A stretch of 60,000 nucleotides of DNA from Lama guanicoe (lineage: Eukaryota), in the NCBI GenBank assembly GCA_013239625.1, contig MU054187.1:684001-744000 (forward strand). Direction: 5' to 3'. Every line of letters starts with the position of its first letter. Within the stretch, counting starts at the first letter, position 1. Shown in pieces: positions 36,016 through 49,741 of this stretch. The notes under the pieces were generated by a model. That model searched no databases. It was not told the origin of the DNA and was given only the letters and a program-made list of their open reading frames with translations. Position numbers and translations under genes: made by a program.

Positions 36016-39000
36016 GGTATGAGAAGTCTGGCTTTGTTGGACTGACCTGCCGTGTCCACGTCGTGCGGAGTCAGGGCGGAGAGTCCTCAGGAGGCCGTCT
36101 GGGGACCGTGGCAGCCTCTGCAGTGACCCCATGAAGCCGGTGTGGCGTGAGTTTGCCCAGAGGGCGACTTGTCATGCCGAGCGTGGGGTGAGGATGGGGA
36201 CGCCCGCCAGCGCCTCCCAGGCCGCCTGGGAGCAGCAGGAAGAGGTCACGGCCCCGGTCGGCAAGCTAACCCCCCGGGCTGCCAGTGAGGCCTTCTGAGG
36301 AGGAACAGCAGTTTTTGAGAAGCTGTGGCTTCTCTTCCTCATAGTCTGTTGGACTGAACTGTATAAAATGGGGATATTTGCCCATTTGTGACTTACCGAC
36401 ATGTAAGTTCATGTACTTGACCTTAATCTTTGTTTTTTATTCTAAAACTTTTTATAAGTTATTGATTGTAACTCATGGATTTACAATATTATGTCAGTTT
36501 ACACTTGTCCTTCTTTTTCGGACTGAAAGCAGCTCATGGAGTATCTGAGCTGTTTTAAGGTTTAAGGAGTGAAAGTCCTCTTGCCTTGGAGAGAAAGGGA
36601 AGGGAGGAGAAGAGAAGGCGTCGGCTGTTGGAGCAAAGTGAGCTCCTGCCCTTGTTTGCCTGTGAACCGGGAGGGGGGGGTTGCGTGTGAATCGCGTGTG
36701 ACTTGGGAGCTGCGGCCGCAGGTGGGAACACAGGCTCTGTGCGCTCCTGGCACACGGGCTCCTTCTGTGCCTCGTTCCTGAGCCCCTCCCCTGACACCGC
36801 AGCCGCCCTGCCGTGCTGCCCTGTGTCTGATGGTTTCCTGGAGTCCCTGCGATCTGTGCTGGGTGGTGGTCAACCTGGCCTCCGGGCACACCTCTGAGTC
36901 ACCAGGCAGCGGGCGCGGCCCGAGGGAGCCCCGTGTGCACGGGAGGCTCCTGACAGACAGGCCTGGTCATGGCGGGCATGGTGAACCATGTCATCCCCGC
37001 GCACCAGGCAATTTCCTTTTTGAGTCACTTTTCAGCTCAGGATGAATCACACTCCACCCTCCTTTTCCAGCCGACACTGCCTGCAGCCTCTGCGGCCCGG
37101 GGGAGGGACACAGTTTTCTCCGTGGCCGTGGCCAGAGAGCCGCTCAGCAGGAGCCTCCTTCCACGCAGTGCCCGGCCGTCCCGGCAGCACCACCCATCGG
37201 TCCGGGCTCGGGCTCTGTCCGGGGGACAGTGCGGGGACAGTGCGGCGACAGTGCGGGGGCAAGGCCCCATCTGCCGGCCCAGGGCCACTCCCCTTTCCGT
37301 CTGGGTTTCCCTCCGGACTGCAAAGACCAGGACTTGTCCCCTGGGCTTTGTGAGAGGAGAGCTGTCCGTGTCACTGTGCCCCTGGGTCCCGACTCTGCTC
37401 TGTCATCAGAAAAACAAGATGTACAAAAACCAGTGGTCGCTGGACGTGACCACAGGAATCTCTGGGAGCCTCCTCCGTTTTCTCACAGTCTTAAAAAGGG
37501 TCCACTGACCAAGAATTTGGCTTTGAGTGTCTGTTGTTTCGGCTCCGTTTCTTTTCTTCCGTTTCTTTCCGTTTCTAACCGATTGACACTGTTCAAAACT
37601 TAAATTTCTGTTTGGACAGCACAACCGAAGACCAGCATGTGAGCAGCGGGCGGGAGCACAGAGGCTCTTTGTGCGATCCCGGGCCTCGGGTGGGTGTGGC
37701 GAGGGGCGGGCCGCCCTCCAGCCCCGGGCAGCCCTTGCGAGCTGACTCCTCAGAGAGCAGGGCTGAGCCTCCGAGAGAGGATGTGACTCATCGCTGGGTC
37801 TGAGAGCTGGTGCCTGTGCCTCGTTCTTGGCGGCTTCCAGGGCTTCAGGGCTTCCCTGGGGAGCCGTCAGCGCAGAAGAGGAAGGCTTTCCTGCTCTCCT
37901 GCCCCCCCCCCCCCCCCCTTCCCCCCCCAGTCCCCCCCCCCTCCACACCCGCCCCCCATTTCTCCGCCAAGTCACTCAGACTCTAGAATCCGCCCGCAGG
38001 GAGGCGGCCTGGGCGGCAGCTTCCGGGGGCAGGGCCGGCCACCGAGAAGCTTGCAGACCGGCCCCCACCCTGACCCCCGGCTGGCAATCTCTGGGTCCTG
38101 GGGAATCGACTGGTTCGCAGAGTCTTCTGGGGCTGGTGTGCGGAGAGCGGGGAAGCTGAGCCTGTGGAGGAGCCCAGGGGCCATGCCGAGGTGGGAGGGC
38201 CCAGCGGCCAGTTCCTCTGGGTTCTGGACACTCCGAATGTCCCTTCCCCACGGCGTCCAGGACCCCCTCCAGTGCCCGAGGCCCTGCCTCAGACTCCTCC
38301 TGACCCCATCGCTGGGGGACAACGTGGACTTACACTCACTGGACCGGGAAAGGGGGGTGGTGTCCACCCTCTGCCGCCCCCTGCTCGGGGAGCCACGTCC
38401 CCAGGACCCCGGGCTCAGCCGCACTCCCTCACCCCCTTCCCGGCCTGCCTTGTTCTTTGAGCCTTCCGTTCAGGCTGTTTCCGCCCCATCTCTTCTTCCA
38501 GTTGTTGAAGTTCTAACCAGTTATCAAAGACCAGCCAGGTCGCACAACTGCCCCCATCGCTCAAGTCCCTGTGGTCTCGTATGTTTATCCTCCATGGTGC
38601 CTGGTGTTCCGCAACTGCACTGGGGTAGGTGCCCCACGGCCTCGGTTTTGTGAGGCCGCCCGACGCACTCACCTGGGTGGGGCGCAGCGCCTGCAACCTT
38701 GGAGGACGTCAGTGCGGGTGCTGGCTCAGCCGGAGGCGTCCCGAAGGGCCTGCCCCAGGGAGACCAGACTGTAGTTGGGAATGCGCCGCTCCGAGGCCAA
38801 AGGAACCTCAGGGCCCTGAGACGGGGTCAGAAGTGGCTCCTGGCTAGAGGTGCACATACACACACACAGGTGCACACGCGCCTGCCAGGCTCCCTCCGAG
38901 TCCTGGAATGTGCAGGCAGGGGATCCCTGTGTGGGAGGCACACATGTTGAGCTGAGCATCACCTGCTGGGCTCTGGGATCTGCCACGTGTCTCGAAAGGC

Positions 39001-39519
39001 TAATGCGACGGAGGCCTGGACCCCTGCGCTTGGGGGCACCGGGTGGAACAAAGGGCTGAGGCTGCGTTTGTCAGCCGGGTGTCATGTTCCCGCCACAGCC
39101 GGACAGACAGGTGCCCGGCCAGACGTGGAGCTGCGTTCTGCCCTCCGTGGTGCGCCTGGGCCTGGGCCGCGTGGCGGGAGCAGTGCCGAGGCAGTGCAGT
39201 TGCAGGTGCAGGGAGAGGGGGAGCGTCAGACACTGAAGCAAAGTGCCTGTGAAGTCAGGGTGGCTCACTTTTCGGAATGATGGATCCGGACGTTTCGGGG
39301 TGTGAATTCTCGCCTGAGCCCCACCATGTGGAAGAGGAAGCAGCAGGGTGCCTTGGTGTCTGGAGACCGAGGCCCTGTTGGACCGCGAGTCTCCCACCCT
39401 CCTCGCGATGTGGGCCTGCGGGGTCCCCTTCACGACGCTGCCCTGCGCACCTCAGGGGGGCGCCTGGAGGGAGCCTGGGGGCGGGCGGCCTTAGCACAGA
39501 GCCCTCAAGGCCAATCCCG

Positions 39520-40045
39520 CTGTCACAAGTGGCAGGGCTTTCTCTTTATGGCTGAATAATACTCTGGTGTGTGTGTCTCCCGTTGTCTGTATCCATTCAC
39601 ACGTGATGGGCACTTAGGGTGTTCCCGTGTCTCGGTTGCTGTGATGCATTTTGAGTTAATTTTTGTGATGGGTGTACCGTCTGTGTCTAGAGTCTTTTTA
39701 TTTTTTTGCACTTGGATGTTCCGTTGTTCCAGGACCATTTGTTGCAAAGACTGTCCTTTCTCACTGAACTGTCTTTGCTCCTTCTTCAGGGACCGGTTGA
39801 CATTATTCATGTGGGTCCACTTCTGGGCTCTGTATCCGTGTCATCGATCTATCTGTCTGCTCCTTCACCAAGACCACACCGTCTTGATTACAGCAGCGTT
39901 ACAGGAAACCTTGAGGTCGGGAGTGTCAGTCCCCAGACCTGGCCCGCTTTCAGTACTGAGTTGGTGATTTCAGGTCTTCCGTCTTTCCATAGATGCTTCA
40001 GAATCGGTCTGTGACCACCCACAGATAACGTGCTGGGGTTTTTAT
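39520..40045 (-). mobile_element. L1M ORF2 3' fragments
   Basis: 'ttatggctgaataatactc', 'cattttgagttaatttttgtg', 'accatttgttgcaaagactgtcctttc'. Confidence 0.8.
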
Positions 40046-40149
40046 GGGGTTGTTTTTGTCTCGGCTTTTCACATGCTGAAAGAAAAGCACCGCCATCCAC
40101 GAGTTCTGTGTCTACCGAAGCCACTCTTCACGAATGAAAGCACATATCC

Positions 40150-40945
40150 AGGCAGATCGCATCAAGACACATTTGGAAGAAGTAAAAATGGGAAGAATGT
40201 GTTTCCAAAACAGTGGTGCAGCCACATGGAAAACAGTCTGGTGGTTCCGTGGAAACCTAGAACTAGAACTACCTCAAGCCCCAGCAACCCCACTTGCTGG
40301 CACAGACCCGAAGGAAATGAAAACGGGCTTCAGAGAGACAGCTGCACCCTCACGTTCATCGCAGCATTACTCAGATATGTGGCAAAATGTGGAAACAACC
40401 TAAGTGCAGGCAGTCGATGGATGGATACAGATGCAGCGTCTTCTAACAGAACATCGGCCATGAGAAAGAAGGAAGCTCTGCCGTTTGCACCAACATGGCA
40501 GGACCTGGAGACGTTATGCTCAGTGAAATGAGACCGACAGAGAAAGAAAAATGCTCGATGCTGTCATTTAAACGTGGAATCGGAAAAAGCCAAACGCACA
40601 GAAAGAGAGTCTAGAATATTGTTACCAAGGGCTGGGGGTGGGGTGGTGGGGGGACACTGGTCAGAGCGTGGACTTCTTGTCGCAAGGTGACCAGGCTCCG
40701 GGGAGCTAATGTATAATAGCACAGTGATTGTAGTTAATGGTACTGTGGTTCATACTCGAAAGTTGCTGAGAGTGGAGATCTTGAATGTTCTCACCCCCAG
40801 AAAGCGATGGCAGGCGCGCAGCGTAGGCGGCACCGTGGAGGGCGTCAGTTTGCAGTACTTAAGTGTGTCACACCAGCAGGTCCGCACCCTGACCTCACAC
40901 AGCGTCACACGTCAGCTACGTCGCTATGAAGCTGTGGGGGAAGAC
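40150..40945 (+). mobile_element. L1MA/MB 3' end
   Basis: 'gcagccacatggaaaacagtctggtggttcc', 'ttatgctcagtgaaatgagac', 'aaagttgctgagagtggagatcttgaatgttctcacc'. Confidence 0.85.
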
Positions 40946-40959
40946 GTATCTTGAAGATG

Positions 40960-43335
40960 CAGAGGACTGCGTTTTCAAAAGATGCGTCCTAAAGAATGAG
41001 CATTAGGAAATTCTCTAAACAGAAAGGAAACGAAAAGGAAGGAACCTTGGGACGCTGGGAAGGAAGCTGGAACACAGAGCGAAAATATGGGTAAGTACAG
41101 TTGGCTCTCCTTCCCCTCTTGAGTTTTGTGAATTATGTTTGATGATTGAAACAGGAGCGTTGCCGTTGTCTCACGTGGTTCTACCTTTACGCAGAGTCTG
41201 TGCGGAAGGTGGTTAAACTGTGACTGTGAGAAGACGCTCAGGGAACGTGAAGTAAGCTTTCTCCACATCCCTGAGCAGGTGAGGTGGCCACACCAGCAAA
41301 CTGACGTCGTGCAGCGGGGCACCTCTGACAGCCACCAGCGAGCTGTGTGAATGAGCGCCAGACATAATAGGCGTGGGCTCCTGAAGGATGTCTCAGTCAC
41401 CCGTGGAGCTCAGGGAAAAGAAGACAGATGGCCGGTGGCGGGCTGAGTGTCTGCGGCCCCGCCGCTCCCACACTGCACGTCGACTGGGGTCTAGTCCCTG
41501 ATGGGGTGGTGCTTGGAGGCGGGGTCTGTGGGAGGGACGAGGCCCGGGGGTGGAGACTCGCTGGGATGGGCGCCCTGCTGCGGGCCGGGGGCCGGGGGCC
41601 GCCCCTCCCCTGCGGGTGGGACCCAGAGGGACGCGGGCGTCTGGGCGAGGCCTCCCTGGGAGAGGTCATGCCGGCACCTGGTTTCGGCCCCGGCCTCCAG
41701 AGCTGTGAGACGTAAGCACGCACACACCCGCGGACAGTAGCCGCCCCGCTGGGCGCTTCGTCTCCCCGGCCGATCTCACTAAGACGCAGACGGTATAACC
41801 AGTGACAAACCAGAGACAGAACCACAGTGTCAGGCCTGAGCCTGAGAACGGGGCTCAGGTACTGGGTCTAAATGCGCAAAAGGCAGGAACTGGCAGAGGA
41901 GACCACAGAGCACGACCAGACCCTGCGCTGCAGACAGGACACCTACGTCAGCCTGACGACGCAGGCAGGCCGGAGGCAGAGTGACCGTGAAGACACATCG
42001 CGCAAACACTGTCAGAAAGAAACGAGGCTGCGTTAGCATCCGACGTCGTGTGAGCATCAGATTCCAGGGCGCCGGTACAGGCGAGTCAGACTTCAGAACA
42101 GAGCAGGTCCCCGAGCAGGAGACGGGCGTTGCGTGGTGGCGGCGAGCCGGCCGCTCAGGACGCCCTGTCGGCTCTGCGTGTGTGCGGTGGGCAGCAGGGG
42201 CCAGGAGGGGCCGGCCCCCTGTGGGCTGAGGGCAGCAGGCGGACCCACGGGTGTGACTGCAAATGGCCCGTTCTCAGCATCCGACAGACCAACGAGACAG
42301 ACAGCAGAGGAGTTTAAAGTCGGCCTCAGGCCTCAGCCGTGGTGAACGTTGATGGATCCCCCATCCAGCAGCAGCAGGACGCCCACACCTTGTCAAGCTC
42401 AAGGGACGTTTTCCCACACAGACCACAGTCTGGTGGGGGCGAGGCCTGGGGGGCGAAGAACAGGCACGGCCCGAGCGTGGCTGAAACGGACCGGAGGGGG
42501 TCAGTGACAGAAGGGCAACAGGGAAACGGCCGAATAGCACGCTCCCCTGTGACCCACAGGTCTCAGGAGAAGTCCCGAAGGGAATGAAAACACACGTCAA
42601 GCTGAGGGGAACTGAAGTGCGACGTGGCAGAACGCGTGGGATCCAGCCAGGGCAGCGGCGAGCAGGGAATTCACAGCACTAGTACGTACACTAGAAAATG
42701 CCCAGATTAACGGTCCGAGACCCGTCCCAGTCAGCCCGGAGAAGAAGGGCCGAAGTCAGAGCCAGGAGAAGGAGGGCCGTCGTGGGGGCCTGAGCAGGAA
42801 CCCAGGCGTCTGAGACAGAAAAACAGTGAAGTGAGTTCAGCGGGAATCTGGCTTCTTGAAAATATCCACAAATTCAGGACATCTCTAGCAAGACTGACAA
42901 AGGGCAAAACCGAGACAGAAACTGCGGATGCTGCTGTGCCTTCCTCGGGCTGAAACGGGGTGTTGCCGCAGATCCGTGGTCCTCACAGGGGAACCGGTGC
43001 TGACACACACACACACACAGAGACACACACACAGAGACACGCACAGAGACACACACACAGACAGACACACACACAGACACACACACACCTTCCGGGAAAC
43101 GGACCAACTCCTTCAAAAGCGCAGACTCCGCGGACTGGGAGGGGACACTCAGAATGGCCCCGTGACTGTCAGTGAGGTTCAGTTGGTAATTAAATGTCTA
43201 CCCCCCAGAATGAATCTCCAGGCCCACATGGTTTCACCTGAGAATTCTACCAAAAAATTTTACCAAGAGTACAATTAACACCAGTTCTTCACATTCTCTC
43301 CCTGAAAAGCATAGAAGGAACACTCCCCAGTTCAT
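40960..43335 (+). mobile_element. L1M inter-ORF/ORF2 fragment, strongly GC-shifted in 41770-43000, with a CpG-rich segment at ~41420-41780
   Basis: ORF2 order is recognisable (..'acctttgtcaagctcaagggacgttttccc'-like.., 'tggcttcttgaaaatatccacaaa', 'ctagcaagactgacaaagg', 'ccaggcccacatggtttcacctgagaattctacc'). Confidence 0.75.
43002..43088. repeat. Compound (CA)n/(GA) microsatellite
   Basis: acacacacacacacacagagacacacacacagagacacgcacag... Confidence 0.95.
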
Positions 43336-43418
43336 TTTCTTATGGAGGTGCTGGGTGCCGAGCCCAGGACCTCGTGCGTGCTGAGCACGCGCATCCCCGC
43401 TGGGCTGCGGCCGCCCCC
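43336..43418 (-). mobile_element. Vic-1-type SINE head, heavily GC-shifted
   Basis: 'atggaggtgctgggtgccgagcccaggacctcgtgcgtgctgagcacgcgc..gggctgcggccgccccc' aligns by eye to the reverse of the copies at 31142 and 56616. Confidence 0.8.
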
Positions 43419-43429
43419 ACTGTCCGCTT

Positions 43430-44030
43430 TTGAAGGTGCGGCCGCCGCAGGCTGCTCGCGTGTCTTAGCTGCTGTAAACGGCGCTGCCGTGAACGTCAGG
43501 GGTGCGTATCTTTTCTAACTAGTGTTTCATTTTCTTCAGAAAAATGCCCAGACCTGGGATGGCTGAGCTGTACAGCAGTTCCATTTTTGACTTTCTGAGG
43601 ACCCTCCGCGCTGTTTTCCAGCGTCGATTCGCGTTCACACCAGCAGCGCACGGGGTCCACCTGCCCCGCACCCTCGCCACGCCGGTCGGTTGCTGTCCCT
43701 CCGCGACAGCCGTTCTGACCGGTGTGAGGTGGAACCTCGTGGCTTTGGCTTCCTTCTCGCTTTTCCCGCAGCCGGTGGCCGCCCGGATGTCTTCTGTGGA
43801 AACACGTCTCTGCAGGTTTTCTGCGCATGTTTAATGTGTTCCATACACTATGCACTGTCGACAAGCTGTCAGAGGGAGAAATGAATAAAACGTTCCCATT
43901 TACAGTGGCATCGACAGGAATCAAATCCCCAGGAGTAAATCTAAGGGGGCAAAACACCTGCGCTCGGAAAAGCGTGCGGCACTGACGGGAGGAACTGGAG
44001 CGGGCGCCAGCGGAAAGACACCCGTGCTCA
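43430..44030. mobile_element. L1 ORF2 fragments (minus 43430-43845, plus 43850-44030)
   Basis: 'gttccatttttgactttctgaggaccctccgcgctgttttcc' (reverse L1) followed by 'ttcccatttacagtggcatc..aggagtaaatctaa' (forward L1). Confidence 0.7.
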
Positions 44031-47000
44031 GCGTTGCCCTTTGTTATTCTCCCTGCTGGAGTGAGGGGAGAAGACTGGAAGGGCGTCTCGCCTTCTGTCC
44101 TTTGGGAGCAAGGCGGTGTTCAACTGCAGGATGGCCCCGGGGTTGGCGTGGACAGCACCCTCTCGGAGAGCCGCCCCGTCCCCCGCACCGTGACCCTGCG
44201 CAAGTTACCCGACCCTGCAAGTCAGTGACGGTGACAAGGACAGGGGACTCCGCAGCCTTGTCACCAGTATTGTTGCCACTTTGAGACGGGAAACCAGCGA
44301 TCTGTTTTCCACCTGTTTCTGCCCAAGCAACTAATGGCAGCCAACCCTGTATTTTCTGTTTCTCCTTTGATGCTACCGACTTGATTTTTCACCGTATTTA
44401 CCTGATGCAGGGCGGCTTCACCTGATTTTATTCCGGCTTTCTGTAGATATGTCATTTTCTTTTCAGACAGTGCTTGCTTATCCTTGACCTTCCCAGCTGA
44501 ACCCTGCATTTAATTGCGGTCTCGTTGCAAACAGAAGAGTCAGCTGGGGATGGCGAAGTGGACGGTCAGAGCTTAGAGACCGACCTCCCACTGCGTTACC
44601 TGCTACGCCATCGTGTTTTCTCAAGACACGTAAGACTTACACTTTATGGACCATTAGAGAGGAAACGGTGCCCCCATACAGCCTGTTGCACTCCCCCTCC
44701 GCGCAGGCTTGGGGTTTACGGGCCATCATCTCTCTGCCGACGTTCGCAGGTGAAGCCGACTCAGCGGCCCTGGGGGAGATTCGTCGGGGCTTCCGGGGGG
44801 AGGAGCAGGAGGGCAAGGTGAGGACCTGGTAGCCTCTGTTCACTGCGGAATACACTTTCTCACAGTGCAGCGGCCACGCTCATCCTGGAATGAGTTTAAA
44901 TTCTGCTATTTGTGGCAGAGAGGAAAGGAAACTGTGCAAGTCCCTCACGCTTCCATGTTCTCCAGGCAACATGAGGTCGGCAGCTTGGCAGACTGTGGTT
45001 TCCTGGCCCCTGTCCCTCTGCTCTGAGGGACTGACAGAGAATGAGTTGCGTCACTGTCAGCACGCTGCCACTCGGGCTGCCAGGGGCCTCTCCTTCTGGA
45101 GGGGCGGTGCCGGCAGAATCTCTGGTGAGACTGACCTGCCCCTGGGATGCGTCTAGATGAACTGCCAAGAGCCTCCACTCTGGGACCCGACGCGGCGCCT
45201 GCTGGCAGATGGTGCACACCTGCTCCGGGCACAGATGCGAGATGACTGAGCGCCCAGCATGGTGCGAGGTGCCGGCTGCAAGGATGAAGGGCACGTGGGC
45301 CCTTCCCGCAAGTCCTCAAGGAATCTGCACAACCAGAGGGAGCTGGATTTGGGGCCAGAGCCGGGCCCATCCTCTCCGGGAAGCCTGCACACTCATCAGA
45401 AGTGGGCCACTGATGTGCCTTGTTTGGGACCATATTCGATGGACGACAGGTTGAGACCTTCGACTTCTAAGGCCCCAGGTCCCGACTGGGCCAAGTGAGG
45501 CTGTGGAGACACGGGATGCCAGCTGCCCCGGCACGTGCCCTCTCCCTCCGTCCCTCCCCAAGGAGGAAAGGTTTCCGGGGAGGAAAGGGCCGGCCCCCCA
45601 GCCCTTCCTGGTCTGGAACGAGGAAGTGCTACCTGGAGGCGCAGAGCCGTCTCGGGGCAGGAGGAAGAGCTCAGCGCGCCGCCGGTGCACGAGCCAGGGG
45701 TGGGGGCAGCCCCTCGAGCCCAACCTGGCCATCTGCCCGGGAGAAGCAAGTTCAGATGTGTGTGGCCACTTTCCTTGGCTTTCTTGTCCTGTCTTTGTAG
45801 CTAAACACATTCCTAAGGGCGAGAGGGCCCCTCATATTCTGCTCCTTGGCCTCCTGTCCATCCTCTGTCACTGCAGCGTAGACGATGTGAGTTGTGCAGA
45901 TTCACAGACACTTAACTACCCTCCGTCCTGCTGCCCGATTCCCAGTGTAGATGACGTGAGTTGTGCACATACATCCCGCGCTCACGGCAGCCGTTCTGCT
46001 GCATGAGGCTGGGCGGGGCCCTGTTCCCGGTGTGGACGCTGTGGGTGGTGCAGAGCCCTGCCCACCGGCGCCTGGTGGCCCCGCCAGCCACTCTAGCCTT
46101 TGTTCTGTGCTTGTTTCCAGGCCCCTCTTGGGGTCTTCCCGAGCTCCCCTGTCCTCTTGGAGTGCCTGCTTCCTCCCCAGCGCCACTTCCCAGCCTGGCC
46201 GCCTCCCCTGCTCCCCCGAGGATGTCCTGGAAGGCTTTCACAGACCTCCCCACAGCCAGCGAGGGCCCCCTGGTTGTACTCTCACAGCGACTTTTACTTT
46301 TCTTCAAGACATTCATCACATTTGTAGAGAATATTCTTTGGGTCATAGAGAGGTGATTTTTCCTGCTGCTTTGGTTGCAAGAGAGCAGACCATGTGTTTC
46401 CGTGGGTGTGTCTGTCCAGCACCTGGCCGGACACCTGGCACGTGACCGGGACTCCACAGGTGCTTGTGGGGCGAAGGCGCGGGAGCAGGGGTGGAGCTTG
46501 TCACGTGTTCCTTGGACGTCGGGACCGTCAGGTGGACCACAGTCAGGAAGTGGGGCTCCTGGCCCCACGTGCCGACACGGCGCCCGTTCCTCCGGCTTCC
46601 CCTCTGAAGCCCCGCGCCGCTGGGACCCTTCCCCCTCCCGCGGCTCTCAGGGATGAGCGGGCCGCCCATGGCCACAGCCCTGGTTTTCCACCACTGCACA
46701 GCCTCTAGGGGAGGATGGGATAGGATGAGACAGAAAGAAACATTATTTCCTGAAGGTGGATTCCATTTCTTTAACCATTCAGGAGTCTCAAAGAATAACT
46801 GATGACCGTTTGGGGGCTGATACTGTATTTCAATGACTTCTCCAGCTGTGACTGCCCGTGCATTCTAGAGCATTCTTTCACCCTCCCGGGAGCCTCCAGC
46901 TCTCGGCACAGTGGTGAGACAGCCAGGACTCAGCTGGGGCTGCGTGTGCCCAGGGCCGGGTGGCAGCCCCGCTGGGCGTGCCGGGCTCTCTGCGTGGGGA

Positions 47001-47479
47001 GAAGAACCATCATGCTTGTTCTGTCCCTGGGACTGGCTGAGCTTGGCGGAAAGCGAGGCAGCGAGGTGACTCTGGGTTCTGCAGACGTGAACAAGACGTT
47101 CTGCTGGTTGACGTGCAGGGACAGGCGTCCTGCGAGGTCACAGTGCTGTACCTGGGCCCCAGTGCCCCTGTCCTGGGTCCCAGCGACTGCAAAGGGGGCC
47201 TGGGATTTTCCAAAAACACACGTGGACCTCGGTGAGCCCTCCTCTTCCCCACGTGAGCCATCGGGGAAGCAGGGAAACAAGATACAATTATGTGCTTGCT
47301 CTTTAATAAAAGAGACCAAAGAGTGTAGTGACTGACTCTATGTTCTTGTTATGGCAGGGAAGTATTCACCATTATTCCATCAGCTAATCAGAAGTTTTCT
47401 TACATCGTCTGCCCTAAATCGTGTTGGAGGTGAGAAAGCCTCTGGAATTTATGTATTTTACTTTAAAATAATCCTGGGA

Positions 47480-48960
47480 CAGTATCAAGAGCCCAGAAAT
47501 AAACCCAAGCCTGTAAAGTCAGCTAGTATTTGACAAGCAGCCACGAATATGCACTGGAGGAAAGACAGTCTCTTCAATAAACGGAGCTGGGAAAGCTGGA
47601 CACTCACATGTGAAAGAATGGAAGTACACAAAAATTACCTCACAATGGGTTGAAGACCTCAGTGTAAGATTTGAAACTGTGAAACTTACAGAAAAAAGCA
47701 CGGGAAAAAATCTCCTTCACGTGGGGCTTGATAATGATTTCTTGGAAATCCCACCTAAACCACAAGCAAGCAGATGCAAAATAAACAGGTTGGACTACAT
47801 CAAACTACGAGGCTTCTGCCCACAGAGGGAGCCGTCAAAGCGAAAACATAACCTATGGAAAGGGAAAAAAATCTGCAAACCACACTTCTGATAAGGGTTA
47901 ATATCCAGCACACGAAGAATTCATGCAACTCAATAGCGAAAAACAAACAATCCAATCAAAAAGTGAGTGGAGGAGCTGAACAGGTACTTTTCCCAAAGAA
48001 GACGCACAGATGGCCAACAGTTACCTGAAGCAGCGCTCAGCACCCCTGAGCATCAGGGACACGCAGGTCAGGACCACAGTGAGGCATCGCCTCGCGTCTG
48101 TCTGAACGGCTGTCGCCAAAAAGACAGCAAGCACAGAGAGTCGCTGAGCGTGTGGGGAAAAGGGAACCCTTGTGCACTGTCGGTGGGGATGTAATTTGGT
48201 GCAGCCACCAAGGGAAACAGTATGGAGATTCTTCAGAAAATTAAAAATAGAGCTACCACTTCCGGGTGTTTATCCAAAGGAGATGGAAACACTAGCTGTC
48301 TGCACCCCCACACTCCCTGCAGCTCTGTCTGCCACAGCCGAGACGTGGAAGCAACCTAGGTGCCCGCCGGTGGACGGGCGGGTGAAGGAGATGCGGTGTG
48401 TACGTGCAATGGAATGCCACTCAGCCGGGAGAAAAAGGAAGCATTGCCACCTGCAGCAACACGGATGGCCCTTGAGGGGACCATGTGAAAGTAAGTGAAA
48501 TGAGTCAGAGAGAAAGGCAGACACTGTATGATCTCCTTAGACAGAATCTACAAACATAGCGTGTAAAACCCACAACACTGATAGGAAAAGGGGTTAAATC
48601 TGTGGTTACCAGAGGTGGGGGGGCGGGGAGGGTAACTGAGGGAAGGTGGTCACAGGTCCCCGCCTCCAGCCACAGGATACGGAAGTGCCGGGGCGTGAGG
48701 TGCTGATGGGACTGGCGCTGGCGCTGCTGTCCTGCCTGCGGGAAGGCTGTGGAGAGAGGACGTCCCAGGAGCCCTCGTCACCTGGGAAGATGCGTATTTT
48801 TGCTTTCGTATCTACACGAGAGGATGAATGTTCACTGCGTTTACTGCGATGATCATTTCACGACGTATGTAAGTCACAGCCTCACGCCGGACACCCTAAC
48901 TTACACGGGGATGCAGGTCAATTATTTCTCCGTAAAACTGGAAAAAATCAAATAAAAAAT
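47480..48960 (+). mobile_element. L1MA/MB ORF2 3' part and 3' UTR
   Basis: 'gagcccagaaataaacc', 'aagacagtctcttcaataaacgg', 'ggaaacagtatggagattcttcagaaaattaaaaatagagctacc'; tail 'caattatttctccgtaaaactggaaaaa'. Confidence 0.9.
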
Positions 48961-49607
48961 AGACCTATCATGTCTCTGGTATCTGATCGTTTGTACGGCA
49001 TCCCTCCCCTTGCTGCGCCACCCCTCCCTGCAGAGCCTGCCCCAGGTCCCTCCTCGGTCCACACAGTCACACCCGGATGGGGGCCCAGGCCCTGCCTCGG
49101 GGACTCTGCTGGTCGCGTGCACAGGCTGGTGTAGGTCCTAAAGCTCCACACTTTGTCTTGGTTCACAGGACATTAAAGGCCACGTGGTTGTGAACTTGGG
49201 TCTGAGCCACGGCCTTGGGGACCATACGCTGTGACGGAGGGAGCGATTCCATGGAGAGCACACTTGGGCTTCAGAGCAGATGGGCCGACAGCTGACCCGG
49301 GTACAGCCCGAAGCAGGTGCAGGGTCCCCCGAAGGGCGTGCAGCCCCACATCAGGGTGGGGCCCCGGGGCGCGTGGGCGGGGCCGGCCCCCAGATCCCTG
49401 AGTGGAAGTTGCTTCCCAGTGGAGCTGGGCCAGGGCGGATGGCTGCCAGACAGCGGGGCAGATGAGTCAGCCCGAAAATAATCCTGCCGTGACCCAGGGG
49501 GAGTGGGGAACAGAAGGCACAGTCAGGAACCAACAGGTGGGCCGCCCACAGGAAGGGTCACAGACTCACAGCAGGTGGCAGAGCAGATGGAGGAGAAATA
49601 TGGAAAT

Positions 49608-49741
49608 GGGCAGGTGTGGGGGGGTGAGGTGGGGGAAGGGGGCAGGTGGGCAGGGCTGATGGGGTGAGTGGGGGGCAGGTGGGCAGAGCTGATGGGGGTG
49701 AGTGGGGGGCAGCTGGGCGGGGCTGACGGGGTGAGGTGGGG
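49608..49741. repeat. G-rich ~33-bp tandem repeat, potential G-quadruplex
   Basis: Repeated GGGGGCAGGTGGGCAGRGCTGATGGGGTGAGT-like units. Confidence 0.8.

Noticed and set aside
45876..45970. Short local duplications (also 8519-8615, 27870-27900, 37221-37259)
   Set aside because: Ordinary slippage-type micro-duplications with no further structure.
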